Of a stretch of DNA of 64,000 nt, positions 22,559 to 36,159 are shown one piece after another (the stretch's first letter is position 1; each line of letters begins with the position of its first letter). A program made the translations under genes and the position numbers. The DNA lies in NCBI RefSeq assembly GCF_009914755.1, contig NC_060929.1, one strand, 5' to 3'. Origin of the DNA: the human T2T-CHM13v2.0 reference genome, Homo sapiens. The notes beneath the pieces were generated by a model that did no database searches, was not told where the DNA came from, and worked only from the letters and a program-made list of their open reading frames with translations.

Positions 22559-25557
22559 ACGCAACCGGGCCTCTGTCAGCGGCCAGGGGCAGAGGGAGGC
22601 AGGACCGCCCCTGGACAACCGACACGAGCTCAGCCACAGTGGAAAATCTCAGAAACGGAACCCAAAGAGGGAAGTGGCGCCCAAGCCAGGAAGAAGCTCC
22701 CGGCAAACCTGGGAGAGCCCCAGCTGAGGGTGGGAGACCTGGGGGTACAAGGCAGGACCCACCCTCTCCCAGCCCAGGGAGCCCCAGACGAGTGGAAGTC
22801 CCTCCTAGACAGTGGGTGGCCAGGGCCTGTGGGACCTTGACAGAGGCTCTGCACGCTGCACCTTCCAGACAGGCCGGGGCACTGGCCAGCCCTCCTTTCC
22901 CACCCCTCCCAGGGTCTCCGAGGCCTCTGGACGCACCCCTACAACCTGGGAAGGAGTGAGTCTACCCTGATGTGGTCACGGAGGAAGGGTGGGCTCCCCC
23001 AAGTCAGTTACAAAACCCACTCTACCCTGAAGTCGGACGAGACGCAGCCGGCCCCCAGCAGTGTCCTCCCACCTCCTACTCTCAAAAAACCACCCCACTG
23101 AGAAACTGAGGGTTAACACGTCCTTCTCATTTCAAGACGAGGTATTTCACATAAGAATAAAAGCTCCGTCCCAAGAAGTGCTGAGGGCACAGTGCCCATC
23201 CCCGGGACAGGACGCCTCCCGCAGAGGCTCCACCAGAAGCAGCAGGGAAGCTGCAGGGGTCGGGGACAGAAGGCCCCTGGAGCCAGGCTGGGCAGACGCG
23301 GCCTTGCTGGGCTCTGGGTCGAGCCAGGCAGCCCGGGCAGCAGCATCTACCCCTCTTTCCCCAGAACCCCCCAACCCAGGCTGGGGACACCAAGGCCCCT
23401 GCTCCTCAAGTTGGGGTGGCTCAGGACGCCCTCTCCACGCCCACCTGGCAGTGCCTAGGATCAGCCCACCAGGCCCCCCAAACTTGCTTCGCCGTCACCC
23501 AGGCGCCAGCCCAGAAGCTCCAGTACCTCCACAGACCGTTCAGGGGAACGGCAATGGAGTCAGGAAGAGCTTGGGTGCTGGTAACTCTGTGGCCGGACAG
23601 TTTTGGACCTGGCCTGTGACCTTGTGGTGTGGACCCCACACAGAAGGCCTTTGGGAGGGGCTCCGGCTTCTGCAGGACCCCCGCCCCCAACCACCACCAA
23701 AAAGCAAAGCCTGTGCCTCCTTCCCCAGGCTCCGTGCCCATCACGGGACTCCTCGCCGCACCTCTGTGGGCTGAAGATCAGGATGTGATCAAGTGGATTC
23801 CGAAGGGCAGCTGCGTGCCCGTTACAGCCTGGCAGTGGCTGGGCACCGGGCCCTTTCTGTGGAAGTAGGAAGCGGGTCCAGCACAAAAGCGCCAGGTGCA
23901 AGTTCTCTGCCAGTTCGGAGAAATCTCCCAAGTTCAGCTCACACCACAGGGCCACCCTCAAAAGTGTCCAGAAGCCCACACCTGGCCCATGCCCTCCCGT
24001 TCTCAATTTCATGAAGGCCAGGGAGCCTCCTGACACGCCCGTAGCAGGACCTGAGTGCGCGGGCAGCGACATGGGCAGCGCTCAGCCAGGGCCACTTCCT
24101 GCTGGGCAGACACAGGCCCAGGGCACTGCTCAACAGCCTTGAGAGTAGAAGAGACAAGAAAACGAACAAGCACAAAATTCTCTCTGGCTTAAAAGCAAAT
24201 GACACTTACAGTCTAAAGACAAAAGTGAACCTGATCAGCCTTGAGAAGGGGCCGGCCAGACAAGAAGAGGCTCCTTCTGAGTGCGTTCCGGGGGCGTTGC
24301 TACAAAGCTCACACAGAAAGACCACGCCAGGGCCCACACTCCTTGGTGCTTCCTGCCTCCACGGTGGTGACCGGAGAGAAGGGGCTTGGACTCACGGACC
24401 CTGCTTAGTTAGCACTTCACCTGGTGTTGAGCCTGGCGCCCCGCCTGACCACTTCCAAGATCTGGGCTGGCCTCTGTGCAGAGGAAGCTGAGACCACTCT
24501 TCGCCCGCCACGGGGACCCTGATGACGCACCCCAGGCCACCAGGCCACTGCCTTCACGGTGGGTCCCCACCCGTGTCTCCGGGTTCCTAAACTGCCTGGA
24601 GGGGATGTCTGGCCTTTCCTGCCCGGGATGGTGGGTTAGGAAGGATCTGGGGTCTGGCACCGGACTTGTCCCTGGACAGACCTCACCTTCCTTCCACTGC
24701 CAGGGAGCAGGGAGGCTGCCACCCACTGCATGAGACCCGGGCACATGCGGGCACTGCCAGCACGCGGGGTGGGGGCTGGACTGAGTCCGGACACCTTCTC
24801 AGAGACTCCGGATGGAAGGGCCTAAGAGCCTCCGGTTTCTAGAGGGGGCTGAGATCCGGGGAGTAACTGGGATTTGGAGCCAGGATGGAGGGAACAGGGC
24901 TGGGGGATTCTCTCCCCAGCCCCGTCCCCACCCCCTAGAGAAAGTGAAAGTGCTAGAAACCTCCAGATTCCCGGAACGGGGGACGGGAACACGGAGGACG
25001 CGGCCTGAGCAAGGCCCCGGTGGCTGCCCCCTCCCCAGCCAGGGCGCAGTCCTTCCTGTTCCGCCTCTGGGGGGTGGGCGGCTCCTCCAGGGTCAGGCGG
25101 GGGCAGGACGGGCCGGCCCGGGCTAGTGTTACCGGACGGCCGCGGCGCAGGGGAAGGGAGAGCGCGGGGGACGCAGGACGCCCCGGCTCCCGAACCGCCC
25201 GGGTCTCCACCGCCACCCCTGTCCCACTAGGAACCACCCAGGGGCCCGGGCTCCCTCCGGAGGCGCGCTCCAGCCCCTCCCCGTTTCCATGGCTACCAGC
25301 AGCGGCGTCCACACCTCTGCCCCCGGTCCCACCCGAGCTGACCGTACCGGGAGCCCTGGCAGGGCCCCTCGCCCCCTAGCGCTGCCACTAACGTGGGGTG
25401 GGGGCCCTCGTGGGGGACCGAGAACAGGCGGTGGGGGCGCGGGAAGGGGCGCCTCCTGTACCCCCGGCCCCGCCGCCCGCCTCCGCTCCCGGATGCCGGG
25501 CCCAGACCCGCGCTCGGGGCGCTCGGCCTTTGTCCGGCCAGGTGCGGCCGCGCTCAC

Positions 25558-25681
25558 CCGGGCTGGGGCGCTCGGGCTCGGGGCCCTCGGGGGTGCCCGG
25601 AGCCTCCGTCCGCTCGGCAGTCTCGTCCCCGCCGCCGTCGGCGTGAGCCTCCACGGGCACCACGGTGAAGTTGGTGGGCAT
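25558..25681 (-). CDS. SLC12A7: SLC12A7 coding exon 1 (124 nt; MPTNFTVVPVEAHADGGGDETAERTEAPGTPEGPEPERPSP + 1 nt)
   Basis: ATG at 25681-25679 in Kozak-like GCGGCCATGC; donor G|gtgagc at 25557-25556. Confidence 0.97.
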
Positions 25682-25759
25682 GGCCGCCTGCAGCCGACAG
25701 TCCCCGTCCCGGCCCGGCCCGCGCTGCGCCGCTCCCGCCGACGCCACGGGACTTGGAGG

Positions 25760-25865
25760 CAGGGGCGGGGTCCGACCGAGCCGCCCCGCCCCGCCCGGGC
25801 CACGTGACTTCACCTGCTTGCCCCGCGGCCCCACGAAAAGTTGGCCCGCGGCGACTTCCTGCAGG
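25760..25865 (-). promoter_or_regulatory. TATA-less proximal promoter: GC boxes (25762-25797), E-box GTCACGTGG (CACGTG at 25801-25806), CACCTG (25811-25816), ETS CAGGAAGT (25854-25861)
   Basis: Consensus motifs clustered 80-180 bp upstream of the ATG inside the CpG island. Confidence 0.7.
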
Positions 25866-25969
25866 GACCCCAACCCAGGCTGCGTCTGTCTGACCGCCGC
25901 GACCCGGGACGCGGGGCTTTCGCTGCCTGCGCTCCCGACCATCGCAGAGCCCGCGAATCCCCGCTCAGT

Positions 25970-26395
25970 CTCCTGCACCCCCTCCTGCTCCAGCCCCCTG
26001 CCCCTCCTGCTGGAACTCCCCGCCCTCCCCGCCCTCCCCGGCCCCCTCCCCGCCTCCCCTCTTGTCCCCTTCCCCGACCCCCCACTCCTGCTCCAGCCCC
26101 CTGCCCCTCCTGCACGCCCTTCTGCTGGAACCCCTCACCCCTCCTGCACCCCCCCACCCTTCCTGCACCCCCTCCTGCTGGGCCCCCCTGCCCCTATGAA
26201 CCCCCTCCTGCTGGAACCCCTGCCCTTTCTGCACCCCCTCCTGCTGGGCCCCTCCTCCTTCTGCGCCCCCTCCTGCACCCCCTCCTGTTTGCCCCCCATT
26301 TCCTGCTCCAGCCCCCTACCCCTCCTTCTTCCCCCTCCTGTTCCCCCCTGCCATCCTCCAGCACCCACCTCCCACACAGTCCGCCCACCCACTCC
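25970..26395. repeat. C-rich degenerate tandem repeat (CCCCTCCTGC/CCTGCACCCC motifs) just upstream of the promoter
   Basis: Direct read. Confidence 0.85.
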
Positions 26396-29300
26396 AGGCT
26401 GTCAACACCCGCTCAGACCCTGGGCTCCTAGCCTGGCTCCTGGCTAGCCCAACCTGGCTGCAAAGGCAACTCCAGTGGAAGGAGCCTTGGATAGCCTGGG
26501 GGTGGGGTACTCCGGAGCTTGGTCCAGCTCCAGTTTAGGGACCTAACCCAGTAGAGGGAGTCCCCCCCCCCACCCATGACAAATACCACCCACGAAGACC
26601 CCAGTCTCCTCCACACCTGCCCCAGGAGTGCCCCGCGGCCCCTGCCCTAGAACCCTCCCTTCCCTCCTTGGGAAATGTTCCAGAAGCTCACAGGGTGATG
26701 CAGGGAAGGTGGAGTTCCAGAACCCACCAGGCAGACACCAGGATACCACCGGCCAGCACCTGGCACATTTCTCAACAAATGACTCATGAAAAACGGAACA
26801 ATCAGATGTCCGTCAATGGGGAATTGGGCTAAAATGCTATGGCACACAGGTGCAATGAGTCAGCCTTTATTCCTAATCACCCACAACTGCTGTACGACAA
26901 CAAAGCAGAAACACAGGTGGTGTGGGCAAACACGGCCACAGCCTCTTGTCACGTGGAAAATGGGTATGGCCTGGCCATGTTTTAGCCGCTTGCCTGTCTA
27001 ATCCTAAAAGGCAGCTGGAGGGGAGTGATGGCCTCCGGGCTGTGGGATCACCGGGCTCTGTGGGTTCAAGGAACGCAAGCCCAACCTCTCCAGCCATTTC
27101 CAGTAAAGCCAGTCATGCCCTGGGGTGGCCTAGGGTTCTACCCCTTTGCCCCATGGACTCTTCTGGGCAGAAGCTGTAGGCCTGGGACCCTCCTGGAACG
27201 TCGCCCATCCAGCACCAGCCCTTGCAGAGGTGGGGGTTCCTCTGGCCTGGGTGTCTGGAGCTGTGCCTGCTCCACACTCTCACCCCACCTCCCACCAAAG
27301 GGAGCTCAGGGCTGTGGATGGTGCTAGGTCAGCTGCCTCCCTGGGTCAGTGGGTTGGAAGGTAGGAAACCATCACCTCCCCAGAAGATAAAATAGTTCCC
27401 AGGCATCCTTATGAGGAGGGCTGGCTTTGCTAAAAAGATCCAGGGGGTGGGAACAGAAGTGCCCAATGGGGTCAATTATAGGGTTCACACTTAGGGTGCT
27501 GGGTAAACCCTCTCCTCAGTCACCCCAGCAGGGGCTTCTGTACATTCAACCCTGGTTGCCACCCAGCGCTATTCCCGAGGGTTGGACAGAGCTCAGGGTG
27601 GGCACGAGGCCTTCCCAAGTGATGCCAGCAGGAGCAACAGATGTGCAGGGCTCCCGTCGCACATCCAAGCTCTGCTTCACACCCCAGGACCCCAGGGCCG
27701 GCTGCCCGCCATGTGCTGGCTGTGGACCTTCAGAGGAGCTGGTTTGGAGGGTCTGTGGCCAGGGCCAGCTCCCGGACTCAGGACTCATCAGCTTCATTTT
27801 ACAGAGGAGGAAACTGAGGCCCAGGAGTTTAGGGTCCTGTGGCAGCTCCGAGGGTGGTCTTCTCTGTGATTACAAAATCTTGACTAGGACCAGGGGCCAT
27901 GGCTGAAGCACCTGGGTGGGTGCCCAGCCCTGCCAGGCAGAAGGCAGGTGGCTTCTCTTGTTTAAATCTTAGATCTTACTTGTGGGAGACCTCGGGTGGG
28001 GGGTGAGGTCTGCTGCCTTTTGCATTCTAATCAGGTGAGTCACGACAGGGATCAGCACCCTGTAAGCACCTGCGGGTCAAGACAGAGACCCTTGCCGGAG
28101 CCCAGAAGCCGCTGCAGGCCCCTCCCATCCCATCAGTAGCCCATCCCTAGGGGTCTGGTGGCCCCTCCCTTCGCTCTGTGGGTTTCCGTGTCCACGTATA
28201 TCCTCCCACACGGCAGCCTGGGGTTAAATGTGCGTTGTGTGACTTTCAGTGCTCTCTTCCTACCCACCTCCATCCCTCTGTCCTTTTCTGTACCCGGCAC
28301 CTGTTGTAGGAAGTGGCCCTCGGACACGTGGAGGTACCCGAGGCCTGGGTTGGAGCTGCATCTTTCGGTGCAGGCCTCTGCGTCTCCTGGAAGTGGGCAC
28401 CTGGAGCCAGGGGACTGCTGGGATCCGGGTCCAGTCCCCTGGCAAGGCCGGGGGCTTGCAGAGGGAGCCACGCACTGTCTGGTGGTAGCTCCTCCGTCCG
28501 CAGTCGTTGGTGCTTGATGTCTGAATCGACAGATTCATGGAGCAAAATGGTGATTTTCCAGTGCGTGGTGGCTTCGTCATGAATTCACTGGAGGGAGAGG
28601 CTCATCTTGTCCGTCTGGCCATCTGGATAATGGTGCCCACAGGAAAGGCAGGGCAAGGGTGCCTCTCCCTCATTTGTCAGTTTCCACAACGGTGAATTGG
28701 TTCCCGACAATCTCCCAAGTATATTTGTACATCGCTGATGAAACACATTGGTGGGTCTCAGTCGATCACCATTAGTGCCCTTTCCAAGCATCGGTGTCCA
28801 GCTTTGCCCAGGGGGCCTCTTCAAATGCAATCTCGCATCCTTATGATGTGAGCCTGGTCATCTGCGATGGCCTCTTGGCCGTGTGCAGGGCACAGCCAGG
28901 GGAACCCTGGGATTTAGTGCGAAAGTGTAGCCGATGGTGGTTACATTCTGTGTGTAGATTCTCGAAACAGTCCCTGCTGCCTGCCACCCTGGGGTGGAGT
29001 TTCTAATGGATTAGGACGGACACCCAATGCCAGCTTCCAAGCCAGGAGGCCGCTCGTGCCCACGGCTTGGAATCAGGGCTGTGGCCTGGGAGGGCTCTCA
29101 CCAGACGCAGGCTGCCTCCAGGTATCTGTGTGCCTCTGCCCACGGAGCTTCTCCCCAGGTCCGCGGGTCCCCCCAGTCCACTTCTGCTTTCCTGTTAGGG
29201 TGGGGGGCTCATCTCCTGGTGCGCCATCTGCATCCTTCTGGGCTGGGAACCTGCTGTCGGGTATCAGGCAGGGCGCACCTCCAGGGCTGAAGGATGCAGG

Positions 29301-30977
29301 TGGGGCTGGCAGGCAGAGTGTCCGTGGAGAGCTCCGTGTCCAGGGAAGGGGACACCTGGAGGAGGCCGGCCCTGGAGGCCCCACACTCCTTCTCACCAGA
29401 AAGCCACCCGCCTTCTGCCTGGCAGGGCCGGGCACCCACCCAGGTTCTTGCCTGTTGGCCCAGCACCCATGGTGAGTGGGGGAGAGAGCGAATAGGGCAG
29501 AGCAGAAGAGAGAGGGGAGGAAGGAGAATCGGGGGAAGGGGGAGGGAAAGGAAAGAGGTGGGAAGGGAGGAGAGGGAAGGGAGGCCCCAGTTACCCAAGG
29601 CTAAAGTGATTTTTAAAAAACAAACCTTTTTTTTTTTAAGCGTGGTGAGCCTCTCCTGGCAGGGTGGGGTATGTGGACATCAGTGGAGGAAGCAGAGTCT
29701 CCGGCCACCTGTGGGACCCACACTCTCCCTGCCCAGGAGTCCCACCAGGGCCGAGAATTCTGCCCATGGCCAGGGTGGCCCTAAAGCCCCACATCCGCCA
29801 CCACCTGTGGGGGCTCGAAGGGAGCTGTGGTAGGCAGGGATGACAGAAGACCCCAGCCACAGCCCCAGGCCCATGGCTGCATCTCCCCTGAAGAAGCAGC
29901 CCTGTCCCAAGGGTTCTGCAAACAATGCCAGGCTCTTCCCAGGCAGGCACCGCAAGCTGCCCCCCGCCCCGATCCCTGGCTTGCCCAGGGCGGGGCCTCT
30001 GGGCCTGGTGGATGGTGGGCCTGGCCTGGCGCTGGGGAGCCTGTCTGCACAGTGGCCAGGTACGTGGGGTTCTGAGCCTCCCCCGGGTCCTGTGCCTGCT
30101 GGGCAGGGGTACATCCCATGGAGCTGAATCTGGGAATAGAAGGGGCCTCCCCTCCCACAGAGCTCGTCTCAGACCATCTGTGTCTGAGACTGTAAGTGAC
30201 GCCAACAGAAGGTCAAGCTTGAGCGACAAAGCTCTCAGTCCTGTAATTCACGGACACTGAGTCTTCGCTCAAGTTCCCTCTGGAAGATTCCGTGGATGAG
30301 TCCGACACACTCTTCCCCTCACTCAGGAGGCTCCAGGATTTTTAGACCACGTGTGTGGCTTTCCTTCTCTCAAAGTGTAACTCACATAATGTTACTCAGA
30401 ATCTCACACGGACGCCCGTGAGTTGCAGACACAGGGAAGGTTCGCATCTCCTCTGAAGTCCAAGCTGCCCAGAAGCCCACCCACCCCCCGCCAGCTCTCG
30501 TTCCTGCTCCACAGGTGACTTCTTTCCCGTGAAGCTTGGGCAAATGTTTGCTGTCGGCTCAGGGGGAAAGGCCATGCCAGGGTCCAGATGGGCTCAAAAC
30601 CTCCCAACCTGGCAGACACGCAGCCCTTCAGAAATGGAAGCAGAGCCCAGGACACGATGTGGCCAATCCTCTCTCAGACGTCATAAAGAGCTGGGTTTGG
30701 AAGACGAGGCCAACCCTCATGGATGCCGCCCCCGACCCCAGCAACACCATGAGATCAGGGATTTGCTGGCTCTGTCTCAGAGCCGCGGAGGGTCCTGCTC
30801 AAACCCCAGAGCCGTGGGGATGGGCTGGGGGGCTGGTGGGGAGCGTACTGCGAGGGGCCACTGAGCAGGCTGGGGTGAGCTGGGCCTGGCCTGCGGGGGT
30901 GGGGGTGCAGCCTTCGCTGGGGAGGCAGCCAGGGAAGGGGTTCCTACCAGCCCGAGATGGAGCAACGAAGCAACTAG

Positions 30978-32025
<1,048 letters not shown>

Positions 32026-34069
32026 TGAGGGGGAGTCCATGGGCCTCAGCCCCTTGAACAGAGAGATAAGAAGATCCCACACTGGGAAACGTTTCAGTGC
32101 AATCTGAGAACATCGTGGGCAGGCCTGGCAGCCATCCAGACCCGGCAGAAGAGTCTTCCTGGCAGCAGCGCCAGGGATTCTCCAAAAACAGGTGTGACCC
32201 AGACTCGCGCCCTCGCCAGACACAGATGAGCTGTTGGCCAAATGCGAAGGCCGCCAAAGCCGTCCTTGGGCGTGAAAGGTCTTGGGAAGTTTCCCCTTTC
32301 TAGACCGGGGGATGCCTCTTGCCAGGAAATTCGAATGAGTCCAGGAGGAAGGAGAAAGCCTGGACCTGACGTAGGCCTCAGAGAGCCTGGTCTCACCCAT
32401 TTCTAATGGAACCCATTAAAAATCAGACAGTGTGGGGGACCCAGACAACAGTAAACAGCTGTGCTCATAACATCAAATGTGCTGGCCCCGCAGCCTTGCA
32501 GGTACCAAGGTTGTTTCTGGTGGCTTCTTCCAAGGCTGTGGGAGGTGTGGGCGTGTCTCGCTGAACTTCTGGGCCGGCTGGCGGGAGAGGCAGAGCTGGC
32601 GCTGACATCAGCCTCCCGGCGGGAGGGGCTCACAACCCACACTGAGCACCCAGAGCCAGACCTCCCCAGAGGAATGTTCTGGGGGAGAGGGAGGGGCACA
32701 GACGACTGCTCCCGAAAGGAGGGCCCTGCCTCGTTTTGTGGCCCCGCATCTGGTGTGCTCACCCTCAGTCTGCAGCAGCTCGAAGCCCTCCTGATGAGAG
32801 CCGACACAGGCAGGGGCCAGAGTCGCTTTTGCAGCACTGGAAGGCTGAGTTCTGCCATCAGCTTTGCATTTTACAGCTTTCTGCTGGGATCAGAGAAGCA
32901 CCTGCACAACCTCCCCTGCGTTTTCTAAACATTCAGCTGGGAACCTGGACTGCAAAGCCCGGCCTCAGTTACCGCCACTTTTTCCCAGAGCCCTTTTGGG
33001 GTGAGTTTTCTGGACTTGCTCATCAGGGCCAGCACTCGTTAAAGGTGAGGACCCCGTGATCCCACCCCGCACAGCAGTACCCAGACACCCGCTAGGGCCC
33101 CAGCTCCCAGGGGACGCCGCAGGCACGCACACATCCCTGCCCGGGTGACGCCGAGGTTACACAAGCCCTTTGGAAAGCTCTGGTGCTGCCTTGGCTGCAC
33201 CATGACCCCCTCCAGCTGTGTGCGGCCGGCTCGCCGCCCATGGTGCTGTGGTCCTGGTTGGGCGGTGAGGTTCAGCCCTGACCGTCGGGCAGCGACCGTT
33301 TCAGGAAGCACGGGAACAACGGACTTTGAGCCACCTTCCTCTCCCCAGCACCCTTTCAGCCACCCCGTGCCAGGCTCCCCACCCACACAGCCCCATCCCA
33401 GGCACGCGGTGGCTCTGGAGGGCTGCATGTCAGGGTGCAGACCAGAACACGCCCGATTCCTTCCAGGCAATGGACAAATGGGGTCCACCGGCGCTGTCCT
33501 GTGATGGGCAGGCTGGGGGGCGGTGCCCAGCTTTGGGCCCTGTAGCCTCAGGCCTCCCCTCAGGCCACCTGCCCCCTGTGGCTGCTTCTGCCTCCCCGCA
33601 AAAATCCAGTCTGAGCTGGCTGAAGGCGCACAGGTGTCACCATGGCCCAGGCAGCTGGGACCCCCCCATAGGTCAACAGCCTGTCATTGGGGTCACTCAA
33701 GGGCCTTTCTGCCCAGCTGGCAGGGCCTGACCAGGTCCCCTGAATTTCACCCCCAGAGTGCAGTGGATCCCCCTGGGGCTGAGGGGACCCTCCACGGCCC
33801 CAAAGCCAGAGAGCACAGATTGACACTCAGAATCATGGCTGCAGACCCTGCCACAGCCCCAAACATGCTCTTCATAAGAGAAAGGCTGACAAAGTGGTCT
33901 TCACTAAAATGACACACTTCTCTTTCTCAGAAGACGCTCTCAAGGGCAGGGGAGCAAGCCCGGGTGCAGCTGGGTGGGCACCTGCCGTCCACAGGGCCCC
34001 CCCACCGGCAGTGTCCGGATCACACGAAGACGGCTTACAGACCAGCAAGGAAACGCTGAACCCGGAGGA

Positions 34070-34650
34070 CAAGAGGGCAAAGACTTGAACTAACATGGAG
34101 GAGCACGTGGAGATGCCACCTCGCCGGGGGACGCGCGCCGTCGGCAGTGTGCCGGGGACACCACGGTGTGCTGGCCAGATGCTCACAGCCGCTGTACCTC
34201 CCCACACAACTGGAGGTCCGTGGAATGCACGGCCACTGTGGAAAACTCCAGACACGCCTCCATCACCACCCAGAAACCCCACTCTCAACAGAAACACACA
34301 GACACTAAGCAAAAGACACACAAAGGCCTTCCTGGGAGCCCAGACTGGACACAGCCCACATTCCCATCAGCAGGGCAGTGGGCGACGGGCCACAGATGGC
34401 GTGTCCCTTCAGGGAGTGTCTACCACACACGCCAGGGATGATCTCGCACGTGGGCTGCAGGGCAGGAGGAGGTCGGCATGATGCTGTCTACGTGAAGCTC
34501 AAGGGCAGGCAGGACTCACCCTGGGGTGCACACCAGCACAGACGGCAGTCCCTGTGCAGCAGAGACGGCTTCCAGGGCTTGGAACGGCCACGCTTCGACG
34601 CGAAGGGCTCCTGGGCCTGCCCGAGCTCGGAGCTCACCCGGCAAAGATTT
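34070..34650 (+). mobile_element. Very diverged, GC-enriched L1M (ORF2 end / 3' UTR) relic
   Basis: Ordered residual motifs GGGCAAAGACTTGAAC, GCCACTGTGGAAAAC, ACTGGACACAGCCCACATTCCCATCAGCAGG. Confidence 0.45.
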
Positions 34651-36159
34651 AAGATGTGTGCTGCTCCCTGGGTGCCAGCTGCACCTCACTCAGAGGAAAT
34701 AAGAGTGGCTCAGAGCATGTGCTGCACGGTAGACTCGGTGCATCCTGACCTTGACACTGAGTCCACCCAACCCTCCTGCTGCCCGCCACCGTTCCCCAAG
34801 CTGCCTCCTGCACGTCCCCGCATCCCTCATCTTGCAGGCAGTGGGACAGCTGGGCTGTTTCTGTCACATTCTCTGTGAAGAAGAGTCCAGGCCAGCAAAT
34901 ATTTATCACCAAGTGTCTGGCCAGTGTGGTCCCCAGACACAGCTGTCTCCGTCCCAAGGCCTGGACTTTACACGTGGAGTTCCCTGTGTCGGTCCCCAGA
35001 CAGCAGTGGTGCCACCTGGCAGGGGTTTGGCCTGTGGAGGGCTGTGCCCCTGAGGCCCACGGGAAAGCTCATGGACTTGCTGGGGGGCAGGGCCGACATC
35101 AGCGCCCGTGTGCGGATCCCCCTGCAGCCGAGTCCCAAGCAGGATCGTCACCCTCACATTCCTCTCCGGTGGAATGCTGCTGAGAGGTCCTTTAAGCATA
35201 TGGCCTCAAGTAATCGTGGAAAGAGAAGGCAGCGGCATTGGTGGGCACAGGAAGGATCCATGCCACTTTGTGGGACCCAGAGAGGCAGTGTGACCTCAAG
35301 GGCTTACAGCCAGTGAGTGGCAGGCAGGGACAAGGGGGAGTTCCAGAAGCCTTAGGACATTCCTTGTCCCATGGATGACTGGAAGGACCCTTCCCAGATG
35401 GGAATCCCCTGCCCGCCCCAGCCATGCCCAGCACTGAGGGGTGAACCCTGGAAGCACCCATGGGTCAGCCCCGGAGCCGCGCAGTTTCTCCTAGGAAGGG
35501 GTAACTGTGCCCCAGACTCAGGAGGGGCCGTCCTGTCTTCCTGCAGGCCTTGGAGGCCACTGTCCCTGATGGGGTTGTGCAAGTGTGGGGGGCATGAGAG
35601 GGGGCCCCTTCATCAGCTCAGCGCCCACCCTAGGCCTGCTTCATGCCAGGCACACACTGCGCTGCAGGCACGAAGCGGGGATGGGTTCCCTGAGGCGGGG
35701 CTCTGCCTACTCCCAGACCCTTGTGGAGGCCCTGTCTCCCAGCCTCTCTGCCTTGTGCCCCGGGCCCACGGCAACGCAGCCCCCATTCCAGAGAGCCAGA
35801 CCCTCCAGCTCTCAAGGGAACAGCAGGGAAGACAGGGATGGTGTGGGGGGACACTGTCCTTGGGAACTTTCCCTGCCCCCACCGCCTGCCCTTGCGCATG
35901 GGCCTCCCTAGAAACGTGTCACCCCAACCCTTGAGAAACCAGAACCCCCGGCAGGGCTGTGCGAGGCGGGGTGGGATTTTGGGGGTGTCAGAATCTCACC
36001 AGAATCCGGGCAGTGGGGGGATGAAAATTCTGGCTGCCCAGCACAGCCCCCGCCACTGCGCTTGGCACCTCAAGGGGCCTGGGTTCTCAACACCAGCTCA
36101 GATAACTGGTAAAAATGTTTGTTAGTTTTAACTTTGCTTTTTCCTTTTTCTAAAAAAAT

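Larger units (their letters stand above)
24960..25970. promoter_or_regulatory. CpG island spanning the SLC12A7 promoter, exon 1 and start of intron 1
   Basis: Very high GC and CpG density around exon 1; boundaries approximate. Confidence 0.92.

Noticed and set aside
22036-22959. 307-aa ORF with a peptide resembling one in a minus-strand ORF
   Set aside because: The similarity is explained by the DNA inverted repeat; antisense intronic, with no domain.
25388-25978. N-terminal extension of exon 1 suggested by the 196-aa ORF
   Set aside because: Starts at a non-ATG codon upstream of the promoter motifs and reads through the donor; the real start is ATG 25681.
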